Shown piece by piece: positions 61,417 through 64,000 of a stretch of 64,000 bases of DNA (its first letter is position 1; every line of letters begins with the position of its first letter). Location of the stretch: positions 30,385 to 94,384 of the forward strand of contig JANOEP010000072.1 of NCBI GenBank assembly GCA_031441465.1, written 5' to 3'. Position numbers and translations under genes: made by a program. The notes beneath the pieces were generated by a model. The model had not been told where the DNA came from and made no database searches. It saw only the letters and a list, made by a program, of their open reading frames with translations. This stretch comes from a bacterium (GTDB taxonomy: Bacteria; Krumholzibacteriota; Krumholzibacteriia; LZORAL124-64-63).

Positions 61417-62945
61417 GCGCCCCTCCCGCACTTCCCGCCGCTGATCTGCGCTCGCAGGCTCGTCAGCATTCTGCCGTCGTTTCGATTCTGTCTGCGTTGC
61501 TGATTGCCGCCATCAGCTATGTCATCTACCTGAAGCTCGGCTTGATGGGCCTCGTCTTCGTCAGCGGCGCCTTGGCGCTTGGCAGTGTCTTCGCCGCCAT
61601 ATCGGTGAAGTTTCTCGCGATTCCGGTAATGATCTGGTTCGTTTCCCTGATGGGATTCCGTACATTGTTCATGCTCCGGACGCCAGGGTTGCCTGATATT
61701 TCCCTCGATCGGGCGCTGCTTCTCTGGATCATTCTGGTCTACATCATCAGGTCGGCTACTGCCGGCAAGAGCCGTCAGAAAATTGAACCTCTCGACGTGC
61801 TGCTGGTCGTTCACGCCCTCTATCTGTTGGCATCTCTCCTCTTGAGGAAATCCTGGGGACTGAACTCCTGGACGCATAGTTACTTGATGGGATACTCCGC
61901 TTACTTCGTCGCCAAGTACATCGTCGCTGGGCGTTGGTCCTGGATTCAGAGAATTATGGTGTTGTTGGCCGTGCTGAATGTCTACCACGGCGTGACGGGT
62001 ATTGCGGAACATTTTCATATTGATGAGCTGATCTGGCCTAAATCGATCCTGGGGCAGGATATCAGGCGTTCGTTCGCCTCGAGGTCGAGCGGTATTTTCA
62101 TGCAGCCGGCTGTTTACGGCACCATGATTGGCATGCAATTGCCTTTTCATATCTATTTCATGCGTACGGTTCGCAACCCCCTCGTGCGCGCGGCGCTCTA
62201 CATCTCGTTCCCGTTGGTCCTGCTCGGATTCTACTACTGCTACACGCGAGGCTCGTGGCTCGCCGGCATCGCGGCTTTGCTGGCGATGGGACTTGTGGGG
62301 AGGCGTCAGTACCTGCCGCTGATCGGACGATTTGCGCTCATCGGTATCTTGGTCCTGGGCACCGGTATCATCAACGTCAAGCAGGACCAGTTTTTTAACG
62401 AACGCATGGGAACGGAACAGACGATCACCGGACGCATCGGCACCTTGGGCCGCGCCTACCGCGTCTTCGTCGCCAACCCCCTGTTCGGCTGTGGATTCTT
62501 CCGCTACAACGAAGTCAAAGCCGATTACATGGGTACCATGGATGTGCCGTTCTACGGCGTCATCAAGCGCACGCACGATGTCCAGTCCACGTTGCACGAC
62601 ATGTACATCGGCGCCCTCGCCGAGGAGGGACTCGTCGGCGTCAGCCTGCTGGTGGCGATCTGGTGGCAGATGTTCAGGATCTTCCGCCGCAAGTGGGCCT
62701 TGCGAATAAAGGGAGACCACTTCGCGATTTACGCCTTGCCGGCCTTCGCCGGCACGATCATCGGCTACTTTGTCGGCGGCATCGCCTTCGACTACCGGTT
62801 CTTCGCGGCCATGGGCTCGTTGCTCTTCCTCTCGGTGGGTCTGATCGCAGGGTATGTTCCGGAAGAGCGGCCCGACGAACTCACGATCCAGGGACCTGTA
62901 CCCGATTCTGCGGCAATGCCGCCGCGCATCAAGCTCGCCCGCTGA
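61413..62945 (+). CDS. O-antigen ligase/Wzy-family membrane protein
   Basis: multi-TM; RSSGIFMQP, YTRGSWL, NPLFGCG, LHDMYIGALAEEGLVG. Confidence 0.85.
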   Translation: MSAPPALPAADLRSQARQHSAVVSILSALLIAAISYVIYLKLGLMGLVFVSGALALGSVFAAISVKFLAIPVMIWFVSLMGFRTLFMLRTPGLPDISLDRALLLWIILVYIIRSATAGKSRQKIEPLDVLLVVHALYLLASLLLRKSWGLNSWTHSYLMGYSAYFVAKYIVAGRWSWIQRIMVLLAVLNVYHGVTGIAEHFHIDELIWPKSILGQDIRRSFASRSSGIFMQPAVYGTMIGMQLPFHIYFMRTVRNPLVRAALYISFPLVLLGFYYCYTRGSWLAGIAALLAMGLVGRRQYLPLIGRFALIGILVLGTGIINVKQDQFFNERMGTEQTITGRIGTLGRAYRVFVANPLFGCGFFRYNEVKADYMGTMDVPFYGVIKRTHDVQSTLHDMYIGALAEEGLVGVSLLVAIWWQMFRIFRRKWALRIKGDHFAIYALPAFAGTIIGYFVGGIAFDYRFFAAMGSLLFLSVGLIAGYVPEERPDELTIQGPVPDSAAMPPRIKLAR

Positions 62946-63066
62946 CTTTGATTCGTCGTTGCCGGGAACCAGCCCATCGGCTACCTTCTGGCCGGACGCG
63001 GGGGCTCACTGAGCCCTCCTGACGGTGCGCCCTCCGGACGACCGGTCCGGATTCCAGCGAGGTTTC

Positions 63067-64000
<934 letters not shown>

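Noticed and set aside
46900..63060. EPS region as a mobile element
   Set aside because: No integrase, transposase, tRNA or direct repeats seen; only a compositional shift.

Overview
A gene-dense, high-GC bacterial window with no rRNA, tRNA, CRISPR array, phage or IS element that I can support. The organism is probably an uncultured FCB-superphylum lineage such as Ca. Krumholzibacteriota, Latescibacterota or Eisenbacteria. That is an inference from T9SS-like C-terminal domains, a PorV-family gene and a recurring W-[GS]-x-I-K-x-x-Y-R C-terminal motif. In order, the window holds: sigma28-driven motAB; transporters; a translationally coupled five-gene outer-membrane module (CTD-bearing secreted protein, lipoprotein, TonB-dependent receptor, PorV-family barrel, NHL lipoprotein) that runs straight into purine/deoxynucleoside salvage genes (dNK, add, punA); tpiA; many peptidases (M16, M1, M20/PepD, M14, M32, M48, YugP-like); an ECF sigma factor coupled to a membrane-anchored vWA protein carrying a relic TonB-receptor plug; gdh; CDGSH and yceI; an orphan higA whose higB toxin appears deleted; an MDH with a 5-residue specificity-loop insertion; an archaeal-type topoisomerase VI whose B and A genes are separated by an M32 carboxypeptidase; an MBOAT/SGNH acetylation pair; and a lower-GC Wzx/Wzy-type polysaccharide cluster with a Walker-A-dead BY-kinase, followed by a truncated ExeA-like ATPase. 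The best candidates for undescribed biology are the TBDR-PorV-cargo module, the short C-terminal WxxIKxxYR putative sorting signal, and the ECF/plug-vWA pair. All calls come from reading motifs by eye; no database searches were run.
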